Shown: positions 38,504-51,975 of the stretch, piece by piece
Position numbering within the stretch: the first letter of the stretch is position 1
How the letters are laid out: each line of letters opens with the position of its first letter
From: Octopus bimaculoides
Lineage: Eukaryota
Length of the DNA: 64,000 bases
Assembly (NCBI RefSeq): GCF_001194135.2
Contig: NC_068990.1
Location: 87,366,487-87,430,486, forward strand
Direction: 5' to 3'
The notes under the pieces: generated by a model
The model's input: only the letters and a program-made list of their open reading frames with translations
Database searches by the model: none
What the model was told of the DNA's origin: nothing
Translations under genes and position numbers: made by a program

Positions 38504-38816
38504 ATATAATTTAGAGAAGAAAAACCACAATTCTTGAATTCATCCATGAAAATCCATAGTCATATATAGAAAAATTTAATAAGTAAATACACTAAAAAGA
38601 CCTATAATAAAAATACAAAGTAATAAATATTAAAATAATAAAATAGTATTTTATTATTTTATTATTTTGATATTTATTTTATTATTTTAATATTTATTAC
38701 TTTGTATTTTTATTATAGGTCTTTTTAGTGTATTTACTTATTAAATTTTTCTATATATGACTATGGATTTTCATGGATGAATTCAAGAATTGTGGTTTTT
38801 CTTCTCTAAATTATAT
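38504..38816. repeat. Perfect inverted repeat, 142-bp arms, 29-nt AT-rich spacer
   Basis: 38504-38645 is the reverse complement of 38675-38816 (no mismatch seen by eye). Confidence 0.95.
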
Positions 38817-38924
38817 ATTTATATGTTATATATTGTGAAATTTAATTTAGTTTTAATTTTGATAAATTAAATTAAATTGAATTTGTACCTGTAAATTTGG
38901 ATTTTTATCCCTATTATTATTACC

Positions 38925-38994
<70 letters not shown>

Positions 38995-38997
<3 letters not shown>

Positions 38998-39340
38998 CAT
39001 TTAATTCTGATATTAACATCCGAATACATCATTAGTTCTCGAAATATTGGAAAGTTCACTAATATTCCTGTGAATTGCAAATATTGTACTCAAGCTAAAT
39101 TTAATGAATAAGTTGTGAAATTGCTGTGAAATTCCTATTGCTTTGGCAGGAAATAAAATTATATGCCATTGTCTTTCTTACTTTTTATCTAGTTGAGTCA
39201 GGATTTAACTGAGTGTCTCTCCTACTATCAAAAGCTCGCAATCGCTTAGAAATTGTAAGACGTGATCTTCGTTTGGTTCTATCAATCACGAGTCCAGATA
39301 TTCGAAAAACTGCGAAGCCGCATCAGCTACAAACGTTTTA
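38995..39340 (+). mobile_element. hAT (Charlie/Buster-like) transposase C-terminal remnant
   Basis: LWQEIKLYAIVFLTFYLVESGFN*VSLLLSKARNRLEIVRRDLRLVLSITSPDIRKTAKPHQ. It shares ctcaagctaaatt with the 26.6-kb copy. Confidence 0.75.
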
Positions 39341-39429
39341 CAGAATAAGTACAATTAAAAGATACATATATCCTTTATGCTTATAAATTTGTGTTGCAAG
39401 ATGTGAAATCGTGTGTTGAAACAGATATT

Positions 39430-39786
39430 GTTGTATTTCGGGATGGTCAATTTGTTTTCGCCAAATAAACACACGCACTATATATTCGTTCTTCAGTCAT
39501 TTATTACTGTTCTTATTTTAACTCATGTCCATTGACCGGAAATTTCTCGTCACACATCTGCGACCTCTTCTGCGACACCTTTCGTCTTCGTGCGTGCTCC
39601 TGCTCCGCTTAGTCCATTCTGTTCTTCGCTGAAGAGGTTACAGATGTGTGGCGAAAGATTTCCGGACAACTGGACATGAGTTAAAATAGAACGGTAATAA
39701 ACGAATGAAGAACGAATATATAGTGCTTGTGTTTATTTGGAATAAATTTGGCAAAATGAAAAAAAAAACCCATCCCGAAGTACAAC
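39430..39786. repeat. Imperfect fold-back element (~140-155-bp arms, ~60-nt spacer) with a hammerhead-like core
   Basis: 39430-39570 is approximately the reverse complement of 39631-39786. CTGAAGA-ggttac/agatgt/gtggc-GAAA-gatttc lies at 39629-39662. Confidence 0.8.
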
Positions 39787-40269
39787 AAAATATTTTTCAT
39801 ATTTTGCTAAAAATATTATATTTTTAGACTCAAAAAAGTAATCAACTTTTAGAAGTTATTTATCTTCTGAGTGTCAAGAGATGTTTATTTTTAAGAGTGT
39901 TACATCGAGCAAATGACGTATGAGTATAGATGAATTTTTTTATCGAACCCACAAGATATTTTTGCTTTTGTGAAGTAGAATAAGAGATAATAAATGAACA
40001 GTTAATAGACATTGATTTTTCGTGGAATTTTAACATTTATCAGTGTAAATGTTTGTTCAAAAATTGCTTGCATTTAAAGTATCACTTTATAAATATTCAT
40101 AGAAATATATTTCATAATAATAAACGTAAATTATACCAATTTAAAATTTCGTTATTATTTGATACATTTTTATAAATTCTATTTTTATTAAAGGCTTTTA
40201 ATTTTTTCAAAGGTGACTTGTTTCTACTATTAACCATTTGTTACAAAACTGAGGAGGTGTTTTTTTTTT

Positions 40270-40356
40270 TCGCTAATAATGTGTTGGGGGCCACAGAAAC
40301 ATTCAAGATTTCCAAGTCGGAGAGGGAGTATGAGTTTGGAAAACACTGCTCTAGAC
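40270..40356. mobile_element. hAT-Charlie-like terminus and target site
   Basis: ...gagtttggaaaacactg (CAGTG-type TIR, ends 40348) followed by ctctagac, the nTCTAGAn target preference of Charlie elements. Confidence 0.55.
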
Positions 40357-40574
40357 CATCCTGGAGAAACTGTTACTCGCATACGCTGCAGAAGTCTCAT
40401 GAAAACGTTATATATTCAATAGGACCATTTATACAATTAAATATTTCATAAAAAGACCTTTTAATATAATTATATATTCAAACATTCAAAAGGATATTTG
40501 TTAGTTTATATATGGACGAAATAATAAACTAGTGTATTGAACAACACCACTCCATACTGTAGATAGATTAATGA

Positions 40575-40597
40575 TATACATATACATACATACAAAC

Positions 40598-40659
<62 letters not shown>

Positions 40660-40676
40660 NNNNNNNNNNNNNNNNN

Positions 40677-40724
<48 letters not shown>

Positions 40725-40847
40725 GCATACTACATTCATGCATATATGTATACACACAAACACATTCACACCTACATAATACACACACACACACACATAC
40801 ACACGTACACACACACACGCACACACACAAACACACACACACATACA

Positions 40848-40893
<46 letters not shown>

Positions 40894-40900
40894 CATACAC
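40575..40900. repeat. Compound (TA)n/(TG)n/(CA)n microsatellites
   Basis: Direct reading. Confidence 0.9.
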
Positions 40901-41094
40901 GTACACAGTATTTAAAAATATTAGCCATTTTAGTAAATATAAAGAAGATTTTGTACAGAAGTACTTGATGCAGGTTGGCCCAGTCTGAGCAGACCAATGA
41001 TGAAAAGCCTTTCAGCCATCTTCAACCAGTCTTCATGTATAAGATATACATACAAACAATCTGGTGCATACACACACACACACACACACACACT

Positions 41095-41770
41095 TTTATT
41101 CTTTTACTAGCTTCAGCTGGAGCACGCCCGTTAGTTTCGCTACACTCATTTTTTGAAACCTCCTCTGATATGTGGCATTTGGTGAATGAGGGAGTTCTGA
41201 TGCTGCTCCCCTCATCAGCGTTTCCTGCCACAAAGCAGATTCATCCGGGACTCTTGACAGCAGGAGACTGAGTTTTGTTTTGAAGATACCTACATCCACC
41301 CTATATAGGTCCCCTAAGTTTTGAAGAGGATATTGAAAAGCTGTAGGCTCTTGCAACCCGAGCTCTTGCTGTAGCTGGGTCCTGTATCTTGATGGCAATG
41401 CTGGGGTTTTTGGAATTATGCAGTAGCACCCCTGTTCTGGTTTTTGCGCGACTTTCAATGTGCAAGTTCTTTCAGGATTTTCCGAATGTATAATTCTGCA
41501 TATCTTTCCTGCTTAAGTTCTAGGGAGTGGAGTCTTAACTTTTTCAGCCTTTCCCAGGAGCTGACATGTTGAGACGATCTTCTTTGTCGAGCTTCGCACG
41601 ATTGCTTTGAGTTCTTCCGTTAACTTTACACTGTATGCGGACCATAGCTGGGAGTAGTAGTCTAAATGGCTCTGGTCAAATGTTCTCCATGGTTCCCTGT
41701 TCTCTCGCTTTGAAAGTTCAAAGGATCCAACCGACCAGCAGCCTCGTTAATTTAGCCGTGTTGTTCTATC
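41095..41770 (-). mobile_element. CR1-clade LINE 3' end
   Basis: SWERLKKLRLHSLE...RYAELYIRKIL, CIIPKTPALPSRYRT, GIFKTKLSLLLSRVPDE. A short 3'UTR ends aaagaataaaa. Confidence 0.8.
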
Positions 41771-42545
41771 ACCACTAGCATCTCATACTTTCAACAACGA
41801 GATTCTTCTTATACCTACCTACATGGTAACTACCTACATGGCATATTAAAAGCAGTAATATTTGGTTTGAGTTTGATTTGATAACTACTTCTAGCCGATC
41901 AACTGCTAAGGGCAGCGGTTCACATCCCTCTAGTATTGCCCTGTATTTTTATAAATAATCTTTTATGTTTTTGTTTTAAATATTTGAATAAAATACAATT
42001 TTCCAACCGTTAAATAAAATCTTAACTAAATTAAATAAAATATCAGCCTTTTAAATCTTCCTCTTGTCTCTGAGAAGCATTTATAAACTAAACTGTCAAA
42101 TCCTGGTCACCTATATCTGTGAATAACGCAATGCTGAAATGCATACCCAGACGTATTCTATCGTCAAAACATCTTTGCGAAAAGCAGCAATAAATATAAT
42201 TGAATATAGTCTAGAAACAATGAGACTAAATTGCATTTGTGTTTTTGCTCACCTTTTTTCAAGAATTTAATTTCAACGTTTTCCAAGAATCGAGAAACAG
42301 CATTTGCTAATAATTTGTTAAACCTCGCAATCATCTTGTTGCGGAAGTAGAGCTTGTTGACTAAATTAAATCATCAAAACTCAGTCAAATTCGAAGAGCT
42401 TCTAAAACCTTTTTTAAAAAGTTTCTAAACGAATATATTCCAATCAAGGTGAAATTAGCACATTAGTTTCTCGTTGAAATATTTCTTAGTTATTTTACTA
42501 AACGTTCTGTTGTGGCTCTTAGTCCTATGTCTTACACATTATTGT

Positions 42546-42800
42546 GGAGGCGCAATGGCCCAGTGGTTAAGGCATCGGACTCGCGGTCGTCGGATCGCGG
42601 TTTCGATTTCCAAACCGAGCGTTGTGAGTGTTTATTGAGCGAAAACACCTAAAGCTCCACGAGGCCCCGGCAGGTGGTGGTAGCGAACCCTGCCGTACTC
42701 TTTCAATACAACTTTCTCTCACTCTTTCTTCCTGTTTCTGTTGTACATGTATTTCAAAGGGCCACTCTTGTCACACACAGTGTCACGCTGAATCTCCCCG
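42546..42800 (+). mobile_element. SINE family B, intact tRNA-Arg-like head, 3' truncated
   Basis: ggaggcgcaatggcccagtggttaaggcatcggacTCGcggtc...ggtttcgatttcc. Confidence 0.9.
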
Positions 42801-43359
42801 ATATTTTAAATGTTTCAAAACTATAAGATGAGACCTTTGAGACTCTTTCAGTGTTACACCATGACTCATAAAATGAGACTCGCTTATATACCGGCCGACT
42901 CGTCATATAACAAGTAGAAGGCCTCGTCTATGTTTAAGTCTAGGCCAAGTGTTTGTTTTCTATTTCCTTTCACCTGAAGACACTGGTCTAAAGAAGGAAG
43001 TGAAAGTATCTACGTCACAGAGAAACTCGATCGCTCTCAATCTATTTGCCTTTTTAGCTCTTTGTCTCTCTGTGTCTCTTGCATCTCTCTCGCTCTCGCT
43101 TCTCTGACACCATACACTATCTTAGACTATACTGTGTGATGTCTCGAGAGGAATTTAACAGCCGATATTCTTAGCCATTTTTATTGAGATTGGCATGGAA
43201 ACAGGGCTGTAAAAATATATAAACACAGACTTACAAATGTGCGTGTATACACTCATACATGACCATCTTTCTGTTTGTCTACCTACCTACCTACCTTCCT
43301 AGTTCTCTATCTATCTATCTGTCTATAAACACATTATCTGTATATATATAACTACATTA

Positions 43360-43370
43360 TCCGTGTGTAT

Positions 43371-43448
<78 letters not shown>

Positions 43449-43486
43449 GTTTGTCTTTGTATCTATTTGATATTTCTGTCAGTCTC

Positions 43487-43548
<62 letters not shown>

Positions 43549-43687
43549 CTAATCTTTCGTTTGACTTAAAAAATAAAGAATTGAGAGGCCAGTCCTCCCC
43601 CCTCCCACCCATGTCATTACTCACTGCTTCCATTTCTCTCAACACACACAAATAAATATGTGCGCTCATACTCTTTTNNNNNNNNNN

Positions 43688-43734
<47 letters not shown>

Positions 43735-43760
43735 GAGAGAGAGAGAGAGAGAGAGAAACC
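43360..43760. repeat. Compound (CA)n/(CT)n/(ATCT)n/(GA)n microsatellites
   Basis: Direct reading. Confidence 0.9.
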
Positions 43761-44115
43761 CATATAATTTACAATAACTCCAAATAATTAATATCTAAAC
43801 GTCAGCGAAATTTAAAATGCCAAAAGCGAGCTAAAATTATTTTCCTATCATTTACTTCTTATATATCACAATATTCCATTGCTATAGTAATAACAATATG
43901 GAGAGAATTCAAAATAGTTTCTGTGCTAACATTATTGAAACAAATTCGAGACGTACTTGTACAAAGGTTGTTACTGATGTTGTTGTTGTTAGTGACGTCG
44001 CTGTTGTTATTGTTGTTGTTTCGTTCACTTAGGAATATGGATATTTTGTATTATTTTGGTAATGTTGCAGGTCTGAGAACTGAAAAAAATATATAGCAAT
44101 ATATGCGTCGGCAAA

Positions 44116-44507
44116 GGTGGCGAGCTGGCAGAAACGTTAGCACGCCGGGCGAAATGCTTAGCGGCATTTCGTCTGCCGCTACGTTCTGAGTTCAAATTCC
44201 GCCGAGGTCGACTTTGCCTTTCATCCTTTCGGGGTCGATAAATTAAGTACCAGTTACGCACTGGGGTCGATGTAATCGACTTAATCCCTTTGTCTGTCCT
44301 TGTTTGTCCCCTCTATGTTTAGCCCCTTGTGGGCAATAAGGAAATAAGAAACGTTAGCACGCCGCGCCAAACGCTTAGTGGTATTTCGTCTGTCTTTATG
44401 TTCTGAGTTTAAATCCCACCGAGGCCGACTTTACCTTTCATTTTTTGGGGTCGATAAATTAAGTATCAGTTGCGTACTGGGATCGATCTAATCGACTCCC
44501 CCCCCCC
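44116..44507 (+). mobile_element. Dimeric SINE family A
   Basis: Full monomer to 44347, then a 5'-truncated second monomer running into the gap. Confidence 0.9.
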
Positions 44508-46477
44508 NNNNNNNNNNNNNNNNNNNNNNNNNNNNNNNNNNNNNNNNNNNNNNNNNNNNNNNNNNNNNNNNNNNNNNNNNNNNNNNNNNNNNNNNNNNNN
44601 NNNNNNNNNNNNAAAGAATATATGCCTCGCCATAGGCGGCGAGCTGGCATATTCTGTTAAAATGTCATATTGTGTTAAAATGTCTTATTGACGAGTTTCA
44701 TTTCTTCATTTCCCTGAAGAGAAGATTACATTGTTTTATAACATTTTATTCCTTTGGAATAATACCAATGACATCTTCGAAACATGTGTCGGAAGTAAAA
44801 GAATTTGAATAATTTTGGAACAGATCGTATGATTTTATGATAGCCTACCAGCCCCGATTAATCCAGAAACCTAAGCCGGAACCACTATTTAACTCGATTA
44901 TTTCCCAGCTGTAACCAAGAATCTAGTGTAAAATTGGTGTAATACTGATCCGAGTTGAGCCCCGAAAGTGTTTCTTTATTGTTCGCGGGAATAAGTCGAT
45001 AAAAAAGAAGCATATATGTCAGAGCATAACGTTTACTATTGTTCTACATTTACTCTTTCTTTTGAAGAAATGACTCGTATAATAAATGGAAACCGCTGCA
45101 CAAACCTCGAAAAGATAACTTTCTCAGACTCATTTTCAATATAGTTGTTAAGTGGAGAGGGTGAGGGGTTATGGTGAAGAACGTTCATACCAGTGTTCCC
45201 TTGTATTGTAGTTCTTCCTTTTCCCATGCTGTCAAGGTGGTTCCACTTTGCATGCAATTTTTCAAAAATATATTGCTGCAGTTTTTGCTTCTCAGCTTTC
45301 AGAAATGTGAGATTTCAACTTCCGTTTTTTTTTTCTGACCCATTGAAGACTCCAGCACTGCAACTTTCTCGCCCACCACTTAACTTTTTTCCTATTATTC
45401 TAGCATGATTATTGTTACAACCTGTTAACAACAATCCAAATAACCTACTTTCATCATTTTGTTCATTCATTGCCACTCTTTTACATTATCCCTACAGTTT
45501 GTCTGTGCATCTCAACTGTTTCCTCTCCAAATCATCGAGTGATTCTCCATGCTTTACTTACGTTAGATTTTTCTGCAGCTAATGAATTTCCCTTGTAAGG
45601 AATTTCAAAAACAACATAATAATCACATGTGTTTTTTTCATTTTTTTTCTATCATAACACTCATAACCTAGTTTTCTTCTCTTTTTTTTTTACTAATAAA
45701 CCACCTTTCTTCATTTCACGTAAATTTCTTGAAGGAAGCACTTACAGTCTTTCTTATTTTTGCATCAAGTTCGCAGTCTGGTTCCTCTTTCATAAACTCA
45801 ACTGCTATACGGTACCTATTTTATGAAGATCACTGTCTGTAATTTCCATGGTGAGCGTAAATAAATTTACTTGATTCTAAATCAAATACCGAAGTCAAAT
45901 TGTATAATGCTACATTACCAAATTTTATTCTTTGAAAACAATTTAACATTCAAAATGCATGTAATGCTAGATTTTTTTATTTCTAAATTCTATTCAGTAA
46001 TAATGTACAAACAAATCCATTTGCTGGCTTTCTAAATAGATTACTAATCTGCTCACTATAGTAGATTCATACAATGCTTATCAAACAGACTGCTTTCCTT
46101 ATACATATCAAAACGGCTATGTTATCCTTAATCTCATTCAGTTGTAAGTAACGATGCAACTGTGTAAAGCTCGTAATACTTATGATATTATACCAAGTTC
46201 AATACAGAAATGTGATGTGGCTGTTGATATTTATTTAAAAGAATTCTGCGGTCATTAAGAAGGACTATAATTTAATATGATATATTTATTCATATCTTGA
46301 CAACTGATGTAAAGGTCATCATAAGTCATAACCACTTGAAAATTAATCTGTTTACAACTCAAAAATTAATTTTGCTTCAAAAGGATGCCCCTGAAGTATT
46401 TCAATAGCTTTTATTTTCCGAAATATTAAGTTTATTACAAATGTCCACAAAATGGCTCTTGTAGTTCATTGTGCAAG

Positions 46478-46925
46478 ATTATGGAATGCGTTGTCAGAAG
46501 AAAACTGATCACGTTCCTAGAGAAAATGGCTTTCTCACTGAGACTGCAGCACAGCTTCCGTCAAAGAAGGAGCTGCTTCATATAGCTACTACAAGATTAT
46601 GACTGAAATAAAAAAAAATAGTTCTATCATTTAAATGTAGATGTGACGTGTCTCGACTTTACCTAGGCCTTCGTTAAAACTGATAATGGAATACTATGTC
46701 AGAAACTGCGTAGCTTTGGCATAGCTGGAAAACTACAGGGGTAGCTGCATGATATTTTAAAAAGAGGGAGTCAGGAAATTGCAACTAACGATGCTCTCTC
46801 GGGGGAGACATCAATTCGCAGAGGAATGACCAAAAGGAACTGTACTGGGGTCAGTACTGTTTGTGGCGATTCTCCCTATTATACTGTCAACCATTCTAAC
46901 AAGTTACGCTAGCAATACAAGAGTA
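46478..46925 (+). mobile_element. CR1-clade LINE reverse transcriptase fragment
   Basis: CKIMECVVRRKLITFLE, QHSFRQRRSC, NVDVTCLDF..AF, CQKLRSFGIAGKL, GTVLGSVLF. Confidence 0.8.
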
Positions 46926-47634
46926 TCAGAAGCAACGAAGTACCTTGATAATAGCGCAAAACTGCAGTTTTTGCCTAGCGAATGTCACTCAGAAGATTAG
47001 AATCGTTCTGGCGCTAAGATAAAAGAAACTTTCCCAAAATACCCTGTAATGGGATCGAACGCGGGACATCAGAAGAGCTAACTTTTTTACCACTCTCAGA
47101 CGAAAAGCAAGATCTGAAACGTTATGCGCGCGCGTGTGTGTGTATGTGTACATGGATGAAAGATGGAATGACCACCCCCAGAACACATTTGATTACCGCT
47201 CTGGTTCTATCGGAACAGATCTTGGGCTAAACGGCTCCACACAAATTATGTGTGAAATCTTAACTTTCCCGTCTGCAATCAACAAACACTTTACGTCGTT
47301 ATCTGATTATTCACATTCGATGTTTTTCTTTTCATCATTATCAAATTATTTCATTCTTATGTTTTCTGCTATATTTATATTGAGATTGCATAAACAATGT
47401 TTCATTATTTACGTCTATCCATTTTCTATTTTCATTTGAGAGTGGGTAATGCAGTGGCCTTTGGTTTAAGCAGTTAGTGAAGGTCTAACATTAAATAACA
47501 GCCATTAATAAATATAGCAGGTAAAGCTGTATAAATCATCACGTGTAATTTTGATTTCAAACATAAGAGCGAGCATTAAGAGAGGGGAAGTACAGAGAAC
47601 TATAGCAATTTACTACATTGGCAAAATGCCTCAC

Positions 47635-47752
47635 ATTTTTCTGTTGGCAGTTTTCATCGGGGAATCTTTCAGCGCTCTGGCTTCAAATCCTGCTGAGATC
47701 AACTTTGCATTTCATCTATTTGGGTCGTCGATCGCTAAATAAAGTACCAGTC
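47635..47752 (+). mobile_element. Degenerate SINE A fragment with long (TTC)n tail (47752-47860)
   Basis: cttcaaatcctgctgagatcaactttgcatttcatc...aaagtaccag then TTC repeats. Confidence 0.65.
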
Positions 47753-48491
47753 TTCTTCTTCTTCTTCTTCTTCTTCTTCTTCTTCTTCTTCTTCTTCTTC
47801 TTCTTCTTCTTCTTCTTCTTCTTCTTCTTCTTCTTCTTCTTCTTCTTCTTCTTCTTCTTCACCACAACCCCTGAGTAAAACTATTCCGTTTCCCCCATCC
47901 CTCTTAGTAGGATATAGGTTACACGCTTGATCACATCCTATTTCTGTTTTCACTTATATCCGAAAACTTTAAGAATGGCGTTCATGGCTCTGCTCTTCTG
48001 TTGTGGCTGGTATTATTTTGTTATTGTCGTTTTGTGAGTGGTTAGTCACGCTGTTGCTGTCTTTAGTATAGGCACCGTTGCCTTACTTCATGTGGTGGTA
48101 GCGGCGGTGGTGGCAGTGATAGTTTTGTTGTTTTGTTGCTGGTGGTGGTGATGATGGTAGCTGCAGTGGTGAAAATTGTTGTATTGGTGACGGTAGTAGT
48201 AGTGGTAGTGGATGATGAATGTTAGCGGCAGTGACGACGGTGTTGGCGAGAAAATGCTAATAAGTAAGCGAGGTTTATGCGATTAATGTTTGATTCAATA
48301 GATTGAAGACTTTTAAGAGATTCAAGAATGACTTTTGTAGTGAAACCCAAAAGTATTACGTCGTAAAACCTAGAGAAATTTTGATGGTTGAATAGGAAAG
48401 CTTTTAATAGGTTCCCAAGCAATTTTAATGATTCCAGGTAGTTTTCATTCAAGAAACAACAAAGATTTAATTGAAAAGTCTAGAGGAGCCT

Positions 48492-48695
48492 ATTGGAGGA
48501 ACTGGGAGAGATGTTATTGAGGAATTCCTAGGGATATTATTGAGATGTTATTGAGGGGCCTTTTGGAGGAAATGGGAGAGATGTTATTGAGAAATTCCTA
48601 GAGATGTTATTGAAAAATTCCTAGAGATGTTATTGAGATGTTATTGAGAAATTCCTAGAGATGTTATTGAGATGTTATTGAGAAATTCCTAGAAA
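48492..48695. repeat. Modular minisatellite of gagatgttatt and gagaaattccta units
   Basis: Direct reading. Confidence 0.9.
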
Positions 48696-49646
48696 TTTTG
48701 CATGAAATCTCAAAATGATTTACGTGAGAGAAAAATATGAAAATTTTCTTTATGGCTCAATGGTTTATCGGTAACGCTGTTGTCTTCATCTCCACCGTCT
48801 TATGATGATGTAATGTCTAATATTATTGGATGCTAATTATTAATAATTAATCTAGGAAAGAAGGGCACGCCATTAACTTTTTTTGCAGAGCTTCAGAAAA
48901 AGAAGCAGATCTTTATATCCCAGGACAACGATGTGGTTTGAATGTAGGAAAAGATACTCAAAGATGTCAAATAGGTGAGTTGGATCCACCATTTAAAAGC
49001 AGATGCAGTACATCTGGCAGTCTTATTTTATTTATTTTAACGTATTACAAACAAAATGTGCTTATAAGCTGGACAGTATGTGGTCTTAGATGGCGTAGAT
49101 GCCGTCCACCCAATTTTACTAATAAGGTTTCGGTCGATCTGAGGCTACGGTAAAACATACGATTTTCCAAGATGCAGCGGTGTGGGATCAAACCCCAAAT
49201 CCCGCAATTCCAACACAAACATCGTAACTGAACCTGCAAACCAGTGGAAAAAAAAATCTTTTGCTGTATTTAGTTCTGTCGTTTATACGTTCTGGGTTCA
49301 AATCTGGTTAGGGTTGACGTTGACTGCCATCGACCTGAGGATCGATCAAAATATGCACTAGTCATGAGCCGACAATGATCCAGTCTATCATGCCCTCCAC
49401 CCACTAAATTTGTGGCCTTGCTGTTGTTCTTGTGATTGTTTAACACCAGGTTACCACTGAATGAGCAAACGAATAGGAAAAGTTCAGCTGTGACTACCCT
49501 GCATTTTCCTCTTGTAACTGAAATTACATTATCTAATGTAACGTTCCCGATATTTTAAGGCACGTGATGTTAATTGGGAATTCGGCTGCTATTTCTAGCA
49601 GATCAAACAATCTGGTAGAAATTCTGTCATTGATTCACAATCTTGT

Positions 49647-49752
49647 TTCTTCTTCTTCTTCTTCTTCTTCTTCTTCTTCTTCTTCTTCTTCTTCTTCTTC
49701 TTCTTCTTCTTCTTCTTCTTCTTCTTCTTCTTCTTCTTCTTCTTCTTCTTCT
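49647..49752. repeat. (TTC)n microsatellite running into a gap
   Basis: Direct reading. Confidence 0.95.
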
Positions 49753-51083
49753 NNNNNNNNNNNNNNNNNNNNNNNNNNNNNNNNNNNNNNNNNNNNNNNN
49801 NNNNNNNNNNNNNNNNNNNNNNNNNNNNNNNNNNNNNNNNNNNNNNNNNNNNNNNNNNNNNNNNNNNNNNNNNNNNNNNNNNNNNNNNNNNNNNNNNNNN
49901 NNNNNNNNNNNNNNNNNNNNNNNNGGGGGGGGGGGACTCCAACAATAATGACAACGCCAACAATATCAACAACACTAACAATGACAATAAAAAAACAATA
50001 AAAATTATACCAATAAAAAAAAAGACAGACCAAAAAAAAAAAACCCAAAACACTACAAAGCAGCCTACTCACTCCCATAAAAACAAAAAGAAACAAAAAG
50101 CAAAAGAAATAAACAAAACAAAATCAAAACCGAAAAGCCATATTAAAAACTCAATCAAAAACTTAATTAATTAAAAGTAGTGTTTAAAGAATGAAAAGAA
50201 TGCGACGGAGTCCTACAGTCTGTGTCAACTGTATTTAATAGTCAAAATTATTTGGTGTGTAAATTAAAATTACATATTGTCACTGTTGTCAAACAGAATC
50301 GAGCGAATCTAGGATCAACGGCATTCCAGCCGTGACAGACACGTCTTTTTGTATATCTTGGGGTATATTATAAAGGCAGTGCCCCAGCGTAGCTGCAGCT
50401 CAATGACTGACAGAAGAAAAATATGAAGTTGTACAGGCAGACGGGACCTAGAATGGTTAATTTTAGGCTCATTGTCTCGTCCAGCTATGATCACGTGACA
50501 GCTGTAGATGGTGGTTGGTCAAATGTTAATTTTCGTCGGTTTCGCAAAGTTTCAGAGGAGTATCAGCTCGTCTCCTTTATAGGCATATCATATTCAGGAC
50601 TGGGTTGACCTTACTATGTGTTTATCCATTTTTAGCATTCTACTGTGTCAAATAAAGATGATTTAACTGCATTTTCTAGCAGGTCGAGTTATCATATAGT
50701 GGTTCTTAGCTCGGAACAATAACTAGCTTCTCTGATCGAGTCCAACCCATTTGCTTGCCGCCATTATGGCGACCAGAAAAATTTACACACAAAAGAAACG
50801 GTTGGATGCTGGAAAGTGCATTCTTTCCTAACCGTTCTACAGCACTTCAAATGAAGATTAATTAATGTATGTCAGTGGAGCTACAGTAAAACTACAAGTT
50901 TGTGGATTGCTAAATGGCACAATTTAGCTGATCTATTCAAAGACCGACGAACGTTAAGAAAAATCCAAAATCGGAAAAGAAATGTATGGGCCTCTGTCGC
51001 CGTCAATATGTCTTCTAAAAGGAAGGGCATGAGCTAAAATAAATTTAGCTGCTTACTGGGTAGGGTAAAATAGGTTCAAGCCC

Positions 51084-51149
<66 letters not shown>

Positions 51150-51286
51150 GACGCCGCACAGTATAAAATATCATGAGGTTGTTGATTGAAGATATTGTGT
51201 CTACCGGGATTTTGTACTGTTTGTCAAGTCGCAACAAGGATCTCAGACAAACAGTACTTTACGCAATATGCGTGCAGTTCCAAGTA

Positions 51287-51335
<49 letters not shown>

Positions 51336-51975
51336 GTTGTTGCTGTTGTTGTAATTGTTGTTGTAGTCGTAGTAGCATCTACATAAATTTAAGCATAAAC
51401 TTTCATAATGTGTTAAATAAGAATGAAATGCAAGCACATTCTTTTATGCTAGAACCTCCTTCAAAATGTCCCCTAGTACTTACACCTCTTTGCGTTTATA
51501 TGTTCAAATAACTTTAGAGTCGAATTTCGTCTTTCATCTTTCCAGCGGTCAATAAAACAATTACTATGAAACATTGAGCTTGATTATATCGCCTATACTC
51601 CGAAATGTCTAAGGCATTGCAGTAGAAAATATTCGAAGTCAACACTTATTTAAAACTTAATTGAGCAGATGTGAAATTAAGACGTAACTGTAGAAATTGT
51701 ATATCCAAAATAATTATTAAGCGTCCGAAAATAGTTGACGTCATACCTCTTTGTCTCTTAACGAGATAAACACTCAAATCTGGTCGAGACTTAACTTTCT
51801 ATTATTATAATTCCTTTCGTATGAAACGTGTTTTATAAGAAATATTTACTGGACTGCAGGATTTGATTAGTGCTTTGTATTAAGCTTCCCTAGTACATAG
51901 CTGGTATTATTTATTTTTTCGAGCTCAGAAGGATGAAAGACAAAGTTAATCTGGGCACGCAAAGGTCGTAACTAA

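Noticed and set aside
42546-42620. tRNA-Arg(TCG)-like sequence
   Set aside because: It continues directly into the SINE B body and has no acceptor-stem closure or Pol III terminator, so it is a SINE head rather than a tRNA gene.
51216-51259. 12-bp stem gtactgtttgtc...gacaaacagtac as a pre-miRNA
   Set aside because: The stem is too short and does not extend.
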